From Phoronis australis (lineage: Eukaryota > Animalia > Phoronida), in NCBI GenBank assembly GCA_002633005.1, contig NMRA01000928.1, positions 1-43,488 on the forward strand: a stretch of 43,488 nt of DNA, written 5' to 3'. The notes beneath the pieces were generated by a model that saw only the letters and a list, made by a program, of their open reading frames with translations, had not been told where the DNA came from and made no database searches. Shown here one piece after another: positions 12,201 to 24,372 of this stretch. The translations under genes were made by a program, and so were the position numbers. Positions within the stretch are counted from its first letter, which is position 1; every line of letters starts with the position of its first letter.

Positions 12201-13320
12201 GTGTGTAATAAGTTATAGGCGGAATGTGCAAGGAATGCCGTGTGAACGACATTTCTTAACAACAAAGTCGATATTTGAAGTACAATTCGAAACTTTTTAT
12301 TGCATTTTGGGTGCATTTAAGATGTTTGGACCCATTCTTGTGGTCAGCTTGATTGTTTAACTCACAGGGAAGCATTTGGAGAGCAGAAGTCTTGAACTAA
12401 CTACATTCGAAGTATACGTTAAAGCTTTTTGTCTCCCTGCTTAGTTGGCTAAGAAACGGAAATCGAATTCGGCCTTTTAATCTCATAAAATGGGTCTCAT
12501 AATATTTCTTATTCCAATTAGATCCTATTTCCATCACCAACAACAACAAAGGCAAAGCGTACATTTGACGTTTTGCAATTCGAAATTTTTGGGGTTGTCC
12601 AACCAATAATTTCTGAAAAGTTTTCTCCATATCGCTAATGGTGTCCATGTTCTGTGTAACAAATATAGAAACCTACCACGGTAAGCAATATTATGAAACG
12701 TTTTTTTTTACTAGAGTTAATGACCCAGTTGGATTTTCGTACTTTTAGTCAGTTTTGCTCAAATACATATCAAACGTAGTATGAAAGGACGCAACTCTGT
12801 TTGGAATGCCATCGTGTTCTTTTGAGCACCTGTACAATTAATGTTTTCGTGCTGAAGTGCGAGCGCGTGGGCGGAAGTCACTTTTACTGCGGTTGCAATG
12901 TACATTAACGTTTTCCATACACACAAAGTTTACAACATTATTTGCTTTACTACCAGCAATTGCTGGAATTAAGGGAATTCCGTTTTAACAGCGAGTGTAT
13001 TATCAAGGTGTGTATGTCAGTCTGATCGAGCTGTGAAATGCATGGGAATACAAAAGAACACGTTTTGTGTCTAACAATTCTATGGTTCGTTGCAGTTGGT
13101 GCTATCCTGATGGCAAAAGCATTGCACGTTGTAGCACCAGAGCTACAACTGTATGCAAACTGTTTACTAAGCCTATTTACCTTATAGGCTGCACCTGCGC
13201 GATACGTCCTTATACATTTATGTATCTATCCCCATGCTTATAGCCTGTCTTCATCTCTCACAAGTTCACTGGCATGACATTAGTAAGCTAAGGAGTATAC
13301 ATTGTACAGATATGTGAATT

Positions 13321-13322
<2 letters not shown>

Positions 13323-13384
<62 letters not shown>
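13323..13384. repeat. (TG)n microsatellite ending at a single-N contig join
   Basis: About 31 perfect TG units followed by n at 13385. Confidence 0.97.
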
Positions 13385-15840
13385 NGCATACCAGAGTTTG
13401 TAGTCACGTAAATGTGATAATGTTTTAATTGACCGGACTGCTTTAATGTGTTGAACATGGTTTTCTACTGCTTTATGCCGTCAGTGAACCTTGATTATTG
13501 TGAGTTTCTTAAGCCTACCACACACTACATATAGAGATATGGAGGTCATCAATTTCCCTTACAGGCTCAATAGGAAATGTACACGGGTTCCTCTTGATAA
13601 AGGATTGATTTCTTTGGACAATGTCTGTTTTATTTTTAAAGGATTTTGGTCTATGGATTTCTTATTATGTCGGCTTAAGAGAATTTTTATGGATTTTGAG
13701 TACCCAAGTTTTAGGGTATTGGCTTTTAAGCTAACAAATCATATCCGTTAATTTTGTGTTTTGATGTTTTGTTGTGATTCACCTTGTGTTTGCCTTGAAA
13801 CAAGAAAATTAGTTGTCACCGTTTTTAGCTATGTCAACAGTGTCACTTAAGAATGCACAATTTGACGTTTAAAAGCTCGCCAATATTTGGATCTCGATTG
13901 GACAGTTGCATTTTTCTAGATGACGATTGTGTTATGTTGTTGGGAATGCGAAACAATTTTAGTTCATGTAAATCAACTGATGAATTCATGTTTACCGTTT
14001 TTCCTCGAAGTCACTTTTTACACTTGTTTGTGTTTTTTGTGTTTTGTACATCATTGTGAAATTTGATGTCGCGGGCTATTGTTTAAAACTTTAATGATGA
14101 AAAAGCCAAAATGAACATTTTCAGGTTGATTCATCTATTGTTTGAAATAAATAAAACATTTCAAATGTTTGATGAGATAGTGAACATCGTAGGACAACGA
14201 CTGCTTTGCGGCCTTTTATCAAACGGCGCCGAACCCCATTAAGGCATGCATGTAGCGTTTGTAATTCTGGGTCCGGTTACAGAAGAGTTATTTGATGAAT
14301 AGCAGCGATGGTGTCGCATAATACTATGTACGTTTCACGTGGCTGCACTTAATGGGCTTCACTAGTTTGGCCCTTTCAACCACCCAAGACAGGGTGGTCT
14401 CTAAGCCAGAAGTCGTTGTCGAGAACCAATCAGATGTTTTGGCCTAGTTACCCGGCTAAATCGACGAAGCCAATCAGGTGCAGCCGATGTAGTTGACGTC
14501 ATACAACAGTCAATTTCTCCGCCGGATAAGTTTTGAAGTTTTATGCAACCCAGCTGTGATGTTTTCATGCTTCTTAGCATAGTTTTTACATGTAGATGTG
14601 CTGTGATACACTTCCGTTTTTAATAAATTCGTTCAAGGAATGAGTTTGTGGTTTTGTTTTTTTTAAGTAATTTATATGTTTATTTTCTCATATACCATAT
14701 TCTAGGAAATGATAAGACGTGAGAAACCCCAGATACACAAAAAAGTGCAATTAACCCCATGTCATTTGTGGTGCATCACACGTGTGCAGGCATTATGGTT
14801 GAGCCAACCGCACGAAACTCCTGAGGTAAAACACGAGAGTCCTGTTTTCGATCAGCGGGTTCTTCGAGCTTCAGCTTGTCTCCTTTAAGGAAACGAACAA
14901 ATTTTTCCATTTTCCATGTTGTATATGTTGTAGGCATTTAAGAGCAATTCCATATAAAAACCAGATGGTGGGCTATATATGCAAAATCACCAATTTTTTT
15001 GAAACTTAGCACATCAGCTGGCCTTGTCAAAAGAAACCTCAGCCTGACTTTTTAAGTTTCCGAGTTGTTTTTTTAACCCTTTTTACGACCACTTTGTACT
15101 TTTTCCGAAAAATAGCAAATAATAGTACTTGGAAGTAGGTAACTTTTGGTCAGCAACAACACATCATCGCTTCACGCTATAGAAAAAAATAATTATATAG
15201 CAGAAAGAAGAAAGAAAAACGTACAAGAAAAACTAGTTCGGATGGATTTTTTGATTTTTGATGTCCTCCCATTTTAGCCTACAAAAATATCATTTTCACT
15301 GCTTATTATTAAGGCCATGTTTACGCATTTTATCACTCTCCCAAATCTATATCGGATTCTTTTGGAACATGAGTTAACTTCCATCTGTTACTGCTGTCTT
15401 TGTTCAGCCCAACGCAAAAATAAAAAATCTTGTCCCTGTATATGAGCATGAAAAAGTCCTCTAAAACTAATAGTTCATACTAAAACTAATCAAGATCTTC
15501 GAGATCACACGTGAAAAAAGGACGGTGGATACGAGGAGAAGTGTCGTGTTATTGCACATACAAAGTGTCACGCAATGCTTCCTGTACTACACAAAAGCGG
15601 CCGAGCATGGTGGCAGTGCGCCAGTGGAATTTGCAATTTCAGAAAAATAACAGGTACGGATATTTACGATTGAAAGCATAATACTTTCAGTGATATCCAA
15701 GATACCGGCTTTCCAAACCAGTATTTAAGCAATTGGGTGTTGTTGCGACTTACCAGCTAAAAGTTTCACAATATGTAAGTTCCGGTCATGCGGCGGACTC
15801 AAAACCTCACTTACTTGTAAACATGGTGGTATCTGCTACC

Positions 15841-15910
15841 CAGCGTCGTCGTCAGCTAGGAGTCCATCTTCATCGTGGGTTTCGACCTTGACCTAGAACC
15901 CTCTCCGATG
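15841..15910 (-). ncRNA. Candidate hammerhead ribozyme with non-canonical (pseudoknotted) strand order in the retrotransposon 3' UTR
   Basis: Sense RNA CAUCG-gaga-GGGU-U^CUAGG-ucaag-GUC-GAAA-CCC-a-CGAUG-aagauggacu-CCUAG-CUGACGA-c-GAC. It has the cores CUGANGA, GAAA and NUH, stem I CUAGG/CCUAG, stem II GAC/GUC and stem III GGGU/ACCC plus CAUCG/CGAUG. Confidence 0.65.
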
Positions 15911-15929
15911 GTAGGTCTCTGAAGGCTGA

Positions 15930-18900
15930 TCAGACCTCCAGCCGACGCTGGGGTTGCCATTTGTTCTCACGCTGTAACCACAGCCACACGGTTGCTTCCT
16001 CCGCTGCTCTTACAGTAGACTTAAACATATCAGCTCGCCCTTTTGATGAAATGCCCAGTAGCTTCGTCATCCGCCACATGCTTCCAGCAATAAACCCTCG
16101 ACATCCAACTTCTATGGGGAGACAGAAGCATTTCCAGCCATTCGCTGCACATTCCTGCGATAGCTCTGCGTACTTGAGTTGTTTCCTCTCGTGAGCCTCT
16201 TGCACCCTAGTCTCCCACGGCACCGTTAACTCGATCAAAGTCACTATCTTCTTGCTGTCTGCCCACAACACTATGTCTGGTCGTAACTGGGTTACTGCAA
16301 TATGGCTTGGGAATGAACCCCTAGTTACCACATCCGTCACCATCTTCCAGTCGACAGCCATTCCTAGAATACCTGAATCACGCCTCTTAGTGGATACCCC
16401 GCCTTTGTTGAATTGAATGAGTGCTTTACCAGAGTTAGTCGCCTTCCTTCTTTCCAGATCTAAAACATGTGCAATACACTTGAGAATCTTATCATGGCGC
16501 CAAGTGTACTTCCCTGAGGTGAGAGCTTCTCTACAGCTGGATAGAACGTGTTCTAAGGTACACCGCTTGCCACAGCCCCTACAGCTGTCATCCTCAGTTT
16601 TGCCCCACGTTCGAAGATTTACAGGTGTTGGGAGAGTGTCATATATGGAACCAAGTAAAAAGCCCAATCTGAATTGGTCTGAAGACAGAAGGTCTTTACC
16701 CGTTATCCTTCTGCTGTTCACTCCTTCCCATGATGTCCATGCGCCCTGTTTCCTCAGTCCGACCGCTTCAGCATACCTTCTCTCGTTCTCCTGGGATCTA
16801 ACTTCGTCCAAAACCATTTTGCGCCTCTCTTTGCCCGTTGACAACTTCCACCTCTTCCCCGGAACCATTCCCAATCCCTGTCTTCCATGGCAGACGGTTC
16901 CCACGATATCTTTATGCCGTAACCTGCTCTCTGCCTCCTCCACTGCTACAGCAGCCTTCCACTTTCTTCCAGAATCTACCGATAATTCACTCTCTCTGAT
17001 CATCTCATCTCTCGAGTTCCGCAGAGTCAATAATGTTCTGCACTTTATCACCTTGAACTCCTCCACAATCGATGTCACAGGCAGAGAAACTGCGCCTCCT
17101 TTGATGTATAAGCCGAGTCTTGCAAAACTTGGTGGGACACCCAACCACTTTCTTAACCATCTGCTCACCATCCTTTCCATTTTCTCTGCAGTTGAAATTG
17201 AGAAATCGTACATTGTCAGTGGCCACATAACTTTAGGGAAAAGTCCAAACTGGTAGCACCAGACTTTGAATCTGCCCGGGAGACCGCTCTTCTCAATCTT
17301 GATCAAATTGTCACTCAGCTCTTTGATGGCTGCCTTTACATGCTCCACATCTTTCAAAGACCCGCTGTAGAACTTCCCTAAGTACTTAACTGGTTTTCTG
17401 CTCACAGATGGAATGGCCTCTGAACCTATCTTGAACGTATGGTGTGGGTTGACTTTTCCCTTAACAATGACAAGGCTACGGGACTTCTCCACCTTGAAAC
17501 TCATGCGTGCCCAATTAGCCAGCTCGCCCAGTGTCTTGACCACCCAAGCGGCACCTACCGCAAACCCTGTCGTAATCGTCAAATCATCCACAAATGCTCT
17601 GCAAGGTGGCATCCTTTTACCCTGCAACAAAGGTCCTCTGCACTCTTTACTAGCCCGCTTGATGATGACATTCATAGCCATGATGAAAAGGATGATCGAT
17701 ATGGTGCACCCTGTCATTATCCCCTTCTCGAGCGGCTGCCAACCTGTAGTGAAGTCGTTGACTGTGAACCTCATATAAGTCCCACGGAAGTAACTTGTAA
17801 TGAGATCTCGAAGTTCTCTAGGGATATGGTAGGTCTCCATTGCCAATTCAATTAGTGCATGGGGCATCGATCCATAGGCATTTGCCATGTCCAACCATAC
17901 CACTGCTAAATCAGCCTTGTTTCGCTTAGCATCTTTAATGAGCTCTGTTATGGCGCTATTATGCTCCAGACACCCTGCATATCCAGGAATTCCACCCTTC
18001 TGTACTGTTGGATCCACAAACTTGTTGCTCAGGAGATAACTCGTCATCCTGGCTGAAATGACTGCAAAGAAGATCTTCCCTTCCACATCTAGAAGCGAGA
18101 TGGGACGAAAATCACCTATCCTGATGGCTTCCTTCACCTTCGGGATATACACCCCTTCTGCTTTACCCCAAGTGTCAGGCAGAATCTTCTGTTTCCATAT
18201 AACTCTCTGAAGCTTTCACAGACGCTTCAACAGCCTTGGACACTTCTTATACACTTGATAAGGCAGACCCGACGGCCCTGGGGCTGACCCTGATCTTGAC
18301 TTTTCTATGACATTCTTCACCTCTGAGAACTTGATGTCCCCCATTTCCAAGGCTACACTTGGTGCATCCTCAACATCCAGCCAATCGAAGTCCGCCAACT
18401 GTGCATTCCTGGCCCCGTCACTGTGAACGTCCTTCAGATGGTTTTCCAGCTCCTCCTGTGTACACTTCAGACGCCCACTGGCCTCCTTCACCAGAATGCC
18501 CTTTACAAACTTGAAAGGGTTAGCCATAAACCTCTCTCTTGTGCGTGTACGCTTGGCTCTCTTCTTCCTCAGACGTTCAGCTTTGCTTAATCTCAAAAGC
18601 CCAGATCTGAACTCGAACCGAAGCTGTGCCAAATCTTCCTTCTCCTGCTGAACAGCCTTGTTCCACAACTTCTTCATATGTCGCAACTCCTGCCTGATTT
18701 GAGAAATCTCTATCTGCCTTCTACTTGGGCCCGCTGGTTCTCTGGGTTTTCTTCTCTCCTCTTCCCCAAATCTATCTTTGCAAATCGAGTAAACCAACTG
18801 AGTCATCGTTCCCATCTTCTTCTAAGCAGAACCCACCAGCGTTACCTCAACGATTGAGTCAATGTCCTCATCTAGTTGTTTCCATTCCTTCTCTGCTGCA

Positions 18901-19343
18901 CCCTTTGGCCACTCCAGCTTCTCCTTGTGTGGAAAATCGTGGACAGCTCTTGTTGGTTCCTGGGGCCTTGGGTAGCTGGTAGCTTCTTTAACTGGTGTTT
19001 ATCCGAGCAGCTGTGACATAGACTGTAGAGTGAACACAGCCCTCTGCTCTCTTTCTTCCAGGAATACCTCGTCAGTGGTGACTGCTGACATCTCTACTAT
19101 TGAAGCTTGAGTCTGTGTCTGGGCCAAAGCATAAGTCGCATCAGCCTCTTTCTCTACACTGGCATTGAATACAGTAGCTCTGTGGTTTCCTCCCCGGCTA
19201 CTACCTTCATTCGTCTGACTAGAAGTACTTGCTGTACCATCTAAGCGCTGCCGTTGAAGACATTTCATCTTCCCCTGTTGTATTCTGACACCTCGTGCAT
19301 TCTTGCATACTTTGCCACAAACACAAACTCTCGTGTTGTCCAT
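15930..19343 (-). pseudogene. RT-RLE polyprotein (1137 codons) with three in-frame nonsense codons
   Basis: N-terminal zinc finger CVCGKVCKNARGVRIQ..KMKC; RT motifs APGPSG, FRPISLL, QKGG, WLDMANAYGS, GIMTGCTIS, AFVDDL, KYLG; CCHC knuckle CRGCGKRCTLEHVLSSC; RHD; RLE RPDIV...IELTVPWE...ERKQLKY. ORFs 18999-19355, 18216-18815 and 15930-18152 share one frame, broken only by TAA 19001-18999, TAG 18824-18822 and TGA 18218-18216. Confidence 0.92.
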
Positions 19344-19859
19344 ATTCAATCTCACTGTCCTTGTTCGTTGCCGTGTCAGTTTCTTGAAGGTATGCTAGGT
19401 TTAGTGTATGATGCATTTCTACGCAACACTTCAAAAAACTGCATTCTGTTTGAAGAAAACAAGAGCTACTGAAACGCAAAGTCTTTTTATTTTGCTCAGT
19501 ACACATGTCCAAGATAGACATTTCTCAAAACTAGATAATCACTCCTATGAAAATCTCAGTAGTTTCAAGAGAATCAATCATGTAAAAAGTATGCTTTACC
19601 AGTCTCAAAATGAACATAAAACAAAAACGCTAGTAAAAAGTGACAGAAGATTTCAATGTTGACCATCAGTGGCTTGGATTATTTTCCCCAAACAGCCACC
19701 ATTCAAATCTCTCCCCCATGGAATCCCCTAATTTGCGTCATCTTCCATTTTTTCAATTTCGCCCAGGGTGGACCCCAGTCCCCTAGCTACGATAATGATG
19801 ACCACAACAACATCGTAAGAATAGACAACAACTAAACATGTTCATAATTTCCTACAGTT

Positions 19860-22679
19860 TATGATGATAACTCATTCATGACTTCAAGCTCCAACTCATT
19901 CATTGAGGCAAACTCGTGGGCAGCAGCAGCATCAGCATCTTCATTATTCTGAATATTTCCGATTCGAGACGCGGCAACCATACGGGAAAAATTCCAGCAA
20001 TCTGCTACTCCGACAGCCACTCTTCAGAGGAGAAAACTTTGCTTTGCTTATTCCTGGCTTCTCGCATCATCTTTACAACCTCAGCTGGCTGTTGTTTTCT
20101 GCCTGACTGTTCACCTTCAGAAAATATATCGCTGGGTTAAGTCTTTACCTTCTCAGAGAAGCGGACTGCTTTTCTAGTACTTTTCAGGGCCCAATCCTGC
20201 GGCGACTTGATCAACAAGGTAAACGGCAGACAACTCAGGTGATGATACAGCTGTGGTAGTAGATAAAATCTCAGATTGTCTTGAAATGTGGTCGAACTGA
20301 GTCTCGTTCTGGAGGGATGATGAATGAGCACCAACATCCAAGTGCTCATTAAGCTCAGCATCTGTAGGAAAAGATTTCGAGCACCCATAGAATGTGCATG
20401 TGAACTTCGTATGGCGTTCACGGGATACCAGCCCCGACTCAACCCTTGGAGTTGTAAAACACTCGAGTGTTGCAAGGTCAAGACTTTTCAGAGGCAATAG
20501 TTTGGCAATGACTTGTTGATGACAAGTTTTCCCTCCCCTACTCTATGGGCCTTCCATGCTCGAATGCCATCTGCGGAATATTCAGTTTGTCAGCAAACTT
20601 ATCCCTGGGATACTGTGCTTGGGAAGGACCTTTGGGGCATTCACACTATAGGACGACACCTAACAGGCTTTGACACCTCCTCTAGACTCTAGCGCATGTT
20701 TTAGGTCGACTGCTTTTTGAACGCTGTTGCCTTCATTGACGGAGTACTTGGCATGGGACTTCAAGGGTGCGAATTCCTGTCAAAATGTCTTTTCCCTTCT
20801 GACTTTCCCTGAAATCGAAGCGCAGAATGGAGATGCCGGTGTTACCAGATATGTAGAACAAATGAATCAGAAGGGCGGCTGAATGGTAACAATTGTTATT
20901 GCCTGCCTTAGCACATCTAGCGTTAAACAGCAAACAGTGAAAAAGTCTTGCTTGCAGGCATCTAGAGTATGGATGTAAGTATGTACCTGAAATACAATAA
21001 TTATGTAACTCAAATAGGTCAGCTAGTTTAAAGAACTACCTTATCATATCTTATTACCACCTAAACCGCAATCCCACCACTCAACTTCAAACATGTTTCG
21101 TCTCAACACGGTTATTATATCAGTAGCNTCATATCTAAATTTAGAAATTATGCTTCCGCGATATCACTTAACGTTTGATTTTACCACGCCGTCATTAATT
21201 CAACGTAAAGTTTTAGGCTGGTGTAATGTCACGCACTTCGTATTTGTAGGTTGATTCGATTTTATTTCCTTTCAATAGTTGAACAAAAGTTTATAAGCCG
21301 ATGTCAAGAACTGAGTTGCCAGTGGTGAACGAACAGCGAACAGTAAAATGTTTGTTTGGCCAAAGTTCACCCGTTAAGTCATAAAATGGTAATTGCCGAC
21401 CAAGGACACGCTTAATCCGAATTGATCGTCTACGCTAGGCGACCACTTAGCCGACCCAAGTGCCGACCACAGAGGCGGCTCAAGGGTGCGAATTCCTGTC
21501 AAAATGTCTTTTCCCTTCTGACTTTCCCTGAAATCGTAGCGCAGAATGGAGATGCCGGTGTTACCAGATATGTAGAACAAATGAATCAGAAGGGCGGCTG
21601 AATGGTAACAATTGTTATAACCTGCCTTAGCACATCTAGCGTTAAACAGCAAACAGTGAAAAAGTCTTGCTTGCAGGCATCTAGAGTATGGATGTAAGTA
21701 TGTACCTGAAATACAATAATTATGTAACTCAAAGAGGTCAGCTAGTTTAAAGAACTACCTTATTATATCTATATTACCACCTAAACCGCAATCCCACCAC
21801 TCAACTTCAAACATGTTTCGTCTCAACACGGTTATTATATCAGTAGCTCCTTCAAAACATTTCTACGGAGGGGGAAAATTTCCCCTTCACAGAGATATGA
21901 AAATCATTCATAAGTACAAAATGGCTTCAGTTAAAATGAAGGCTTGTGTGCAAAATCTACAAAGAGAAAAATAATGCATCACTGTCAAGCTTTTGTTGGG
22001 AAATGACAAAAAGACTAGATATCAAGTGCACACTCCCTGTATCTTGCACTGTTACAGTAAATCAATATACAAAAAGAGGTAAAGGCAACAACATTGTTCA
22101 TCACTGTCTTTCTGTTTAATATTGAGCACATCTGAGAATTACTTTGTAACACCGTGAATACTAATTGAGGATTTATTTTTACCTGATGGCTTTCACCTTT
22201 CTTTGTGATACAAGCCGCCACTTGCCGTGAGATCCTTTTTACCAAACCAGTCGGACTGTGCTTCACGGAAACTGATGGGTATGAACTTCATTGCAAAATC
22301 CATTACAACCAAAACTTGGTGTGGGGGTGAGAGATGACATCAGATCCTGTTTTGCTTGTTCCTGATTTATCCCTCTCACAATATCCTGTGTGCTCGTGAT
22401 AACAGCAAATCACTTTTTGTCTAAAACCAAGTCCAAACTTATGTCGATTTGTAAAATATATAACGGCGCATTTCCATTGGTTTGCCAGTCCAACCTCCTA
22501 TTTCCAGCTCTGGCAAGAATCAGCTGTAATTCCGATATACTTTCAAACTTCTGTAGCACTTTGCACGACCTCAGATGACTTCTGACGTCTTTAACACAGC
22601 TAATGAAGGCCACATTTACTCCGCGATCACACGTATGTAACGAAAATTGACCAAATGTACAAGAAGGAAACTCCTCCAT
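19860..22679 (-). pseudogene. Sola3-type DDE transposase pseudogene (spliced, frameshifted, internally deleted)
   Basis: N-terminus SCVKDVRSHL...SELQLILARAG; then IVRGINQEQAKQD...VLVVMDFAMKFIPISFREAQSDWFGKK; NNCYHS...RFDFRESQKGKD; ALESRGGVKAC...IPGISLL...GIRAWKAHRVGEGK; C2H2 CTFYGCSKSF...LNEHLDVGAH; WALKSTRKAVRFSEK...GEQSGRK...WLSE*QIAGIFSR. Confidence 0.8.
20761..21849. repeat. Near-identical ~370-bp direct duplication (20761-21127 and 21480-21847) of a Sola transposase exon and intron
   Basis: The copies differ by a handful of substitutions, and the first copy ends exactly at a single N (21128). Confidence 0.9.
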
Positions 22680-23133
22680 ATTCTTTGCAGTGACAGGAAG
22701 TGCATGTAATCTCGAACCCTAAGTGCTATTGGTAAAGTTAAACAAAGAATGGAGTGTTTTAGAAAATTGGAGTCTCAAAAGTGATATTTATTTTTTGTGA
22801 TATTGCATTGTTGATATTAGATCATATATTTTAGGTGATATCTCTAAACTAAAAGAGTAGCCTCAACTCTCTTGTCAGTCAGAGTAAGGCCACATCACAA
22901 AAATGCCCAAATTCGAGGGCCACGTTTAAACAGTACACACCATGGATTTTTGCACATTTTGAATTACCGGTGGCCACAGACTAAATGTATGACGTAAAAT
23001 TTAGCTAAACCCATGTTTATTTTGTGTAATTAGCTCAAAATTTGGATTATTCTTTCAATTTTGCCAATTTTCACATTTCCCGCCATGTGACGTCATGGGT
23101 TGAACACAAGAGATCAGTGACTAGCATTGAACA

Positions 23134-23401
23134 ATGGCGGAGACCAGGGAATTTGAAAGTGACGACGATTATGAGCAAGAATTGAACGAATGCTATGAAG
23201 AAACGTATGAGAATGGTGGCCAGGATGAGGAAATGGGGTTGCACGAAAGCGAGAACAGGTTTAATGTGCTTCCGGCTGCGTACTTTTCTACTTTGAGCCT
23301 TATGAACTGGATACTCCCGCGAGAGAAGCGGCCTCGGGCTCGGCGAGTCAACCCAGTCATCCAACAGACGATCCTGAATTAAGAGCTGATGTTTCTGAAT
23401 G
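23134..23401 (+). pseudogene. KolX-like exon 1 remnant of a further Kolobok element nested in the Sola3 element
   Basis: Acidic N-terminus MAETREFESDDDYEQE..., then after a frameshift FYFEPYE...PELRADVSE-TG|ataaat (mutated donor). This parallels ELRLDVSD-TG|gtaag at 31615. Confidence 0.6.
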
Positions 23402-23503
23402 ATAAATATTGTCCTTTATTGAACCAGGCCTTCATCGTCTCCTGTGACTGGAGTCGAAACACGAGTCCTCAAAGTGGGCAGAACACAGAGTGGCCCCGGA
23501 CCG

Positions 23504-24372
23504 NNNNNNNNNNNNNNNNNNNNNNNNNNNNNNNNNNNNNNNNNNNNNNNNNNNNNNNNNNNNNNNNNNNNNNNNNNNNNNNNNNNNNNNNNNNNNNNNN
23601 NNNNNNNNNNNNNNNNNNNNNNNNNNNNNNNNNNNNNNNNNNNNNNNNNNNNNNNNNNNNNNNNNNNNNNNNNNNNNNNNNNNNNNNNNNNNNNNNNNNN
23701 NNNNNNNNNNNNNNNNNNNNNNNNNNNNNNNNNNNNNNNNNNNNNNNNNNNNNNNNNNNNNNNNNNNNNNNNNNNNNNNNNNNNNNNNNNNNNNNNNNNN
23801 NNNNNNNNNNNNNNNNNNNNNNNNNNNNNNNNNNNNNNNNNNNNNNNNNNNNNNNNNNNNNNNNNNNNNNNNNNNNNNNNNNNNNNNNNNNNNNNNNNNN
23901 NNNNNNNNNNNNNNNNNNNNNNNNNNNNNNNNNNNNNNNNNNNNNNNNNNNNNNNNNNNNNNNNNNNNNNNNNNNNNNNNNNNNNNNNNNNNNNNNNNNN
24001 NNNNNNNNNNNNNNNNNNNNNNNNNNNNNNNNNNNNNNNNNNNNNNNNNNNNNNNNNNNNNNNNNNNNNNNNNNNNNNNNNNNNNNNNNNNNNNNNNNNN
24101 NNNNNNNNNNNNNNNNNNNNNNNNNNNNNNNNNNNNNNNNNNNNNNNNNNNNNNNNNNNNNNNNNNNNNNNNNNNNNNNNNNNNNNNNNNNNNNNNNNNN
24201 NNNNNNNNNNNNNNNNNNNNNNNNNNNNNNNNNNNNNNNNNNNNNNNNNNNNNNNNNNNNNNNNNNNNNNNNNNNNNNNNNNNNNNNNNNNNNNNNNNNN
24301 NNNNNNNNNNNNNNNNNNNNNNNNNNNNNNNNNNNNNNNNNNNNNNNNNNNNNNNNNNNNNNNNNNNNNNNN
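23504..24372. other. Assembly gap (869 N)
   Basis: Run of N. Confidence 1.

Larger units (their letters stand above)
15809..19394 (-). mobile_element. HERO-like (R2-group, restriction-like endonuclease) non-LTR retrotransposon, near full length
   Basis: Single long reading frame plus a ~120-nt structured 3' UTR ending near ...ttacaagtaagt. Boundaries are approximate and no TSD was recognised. Confidence 0.88.

Noticed and set aside
14238-14888. Possible further Kolobok MITE ending gtctcct|ttaa
   Set aside because: Only one end is convincing and no matching TIR was found.
16417-17855. Plus-strand ORFs (279, 121 and 138 aa) overlapping the RT gene
   Set aside because: Antisense shadows of the conserved minus-strand frame with no recognisable motifs.
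19344-19420. 5' self-cleaving ribozyme or TSD at the HERO-like element's 5' end
   Set aside because: No HDV-like or hammerhead pattern and no direct repeat with the 3' flank were visible. The element may be slightly 5' truncated.
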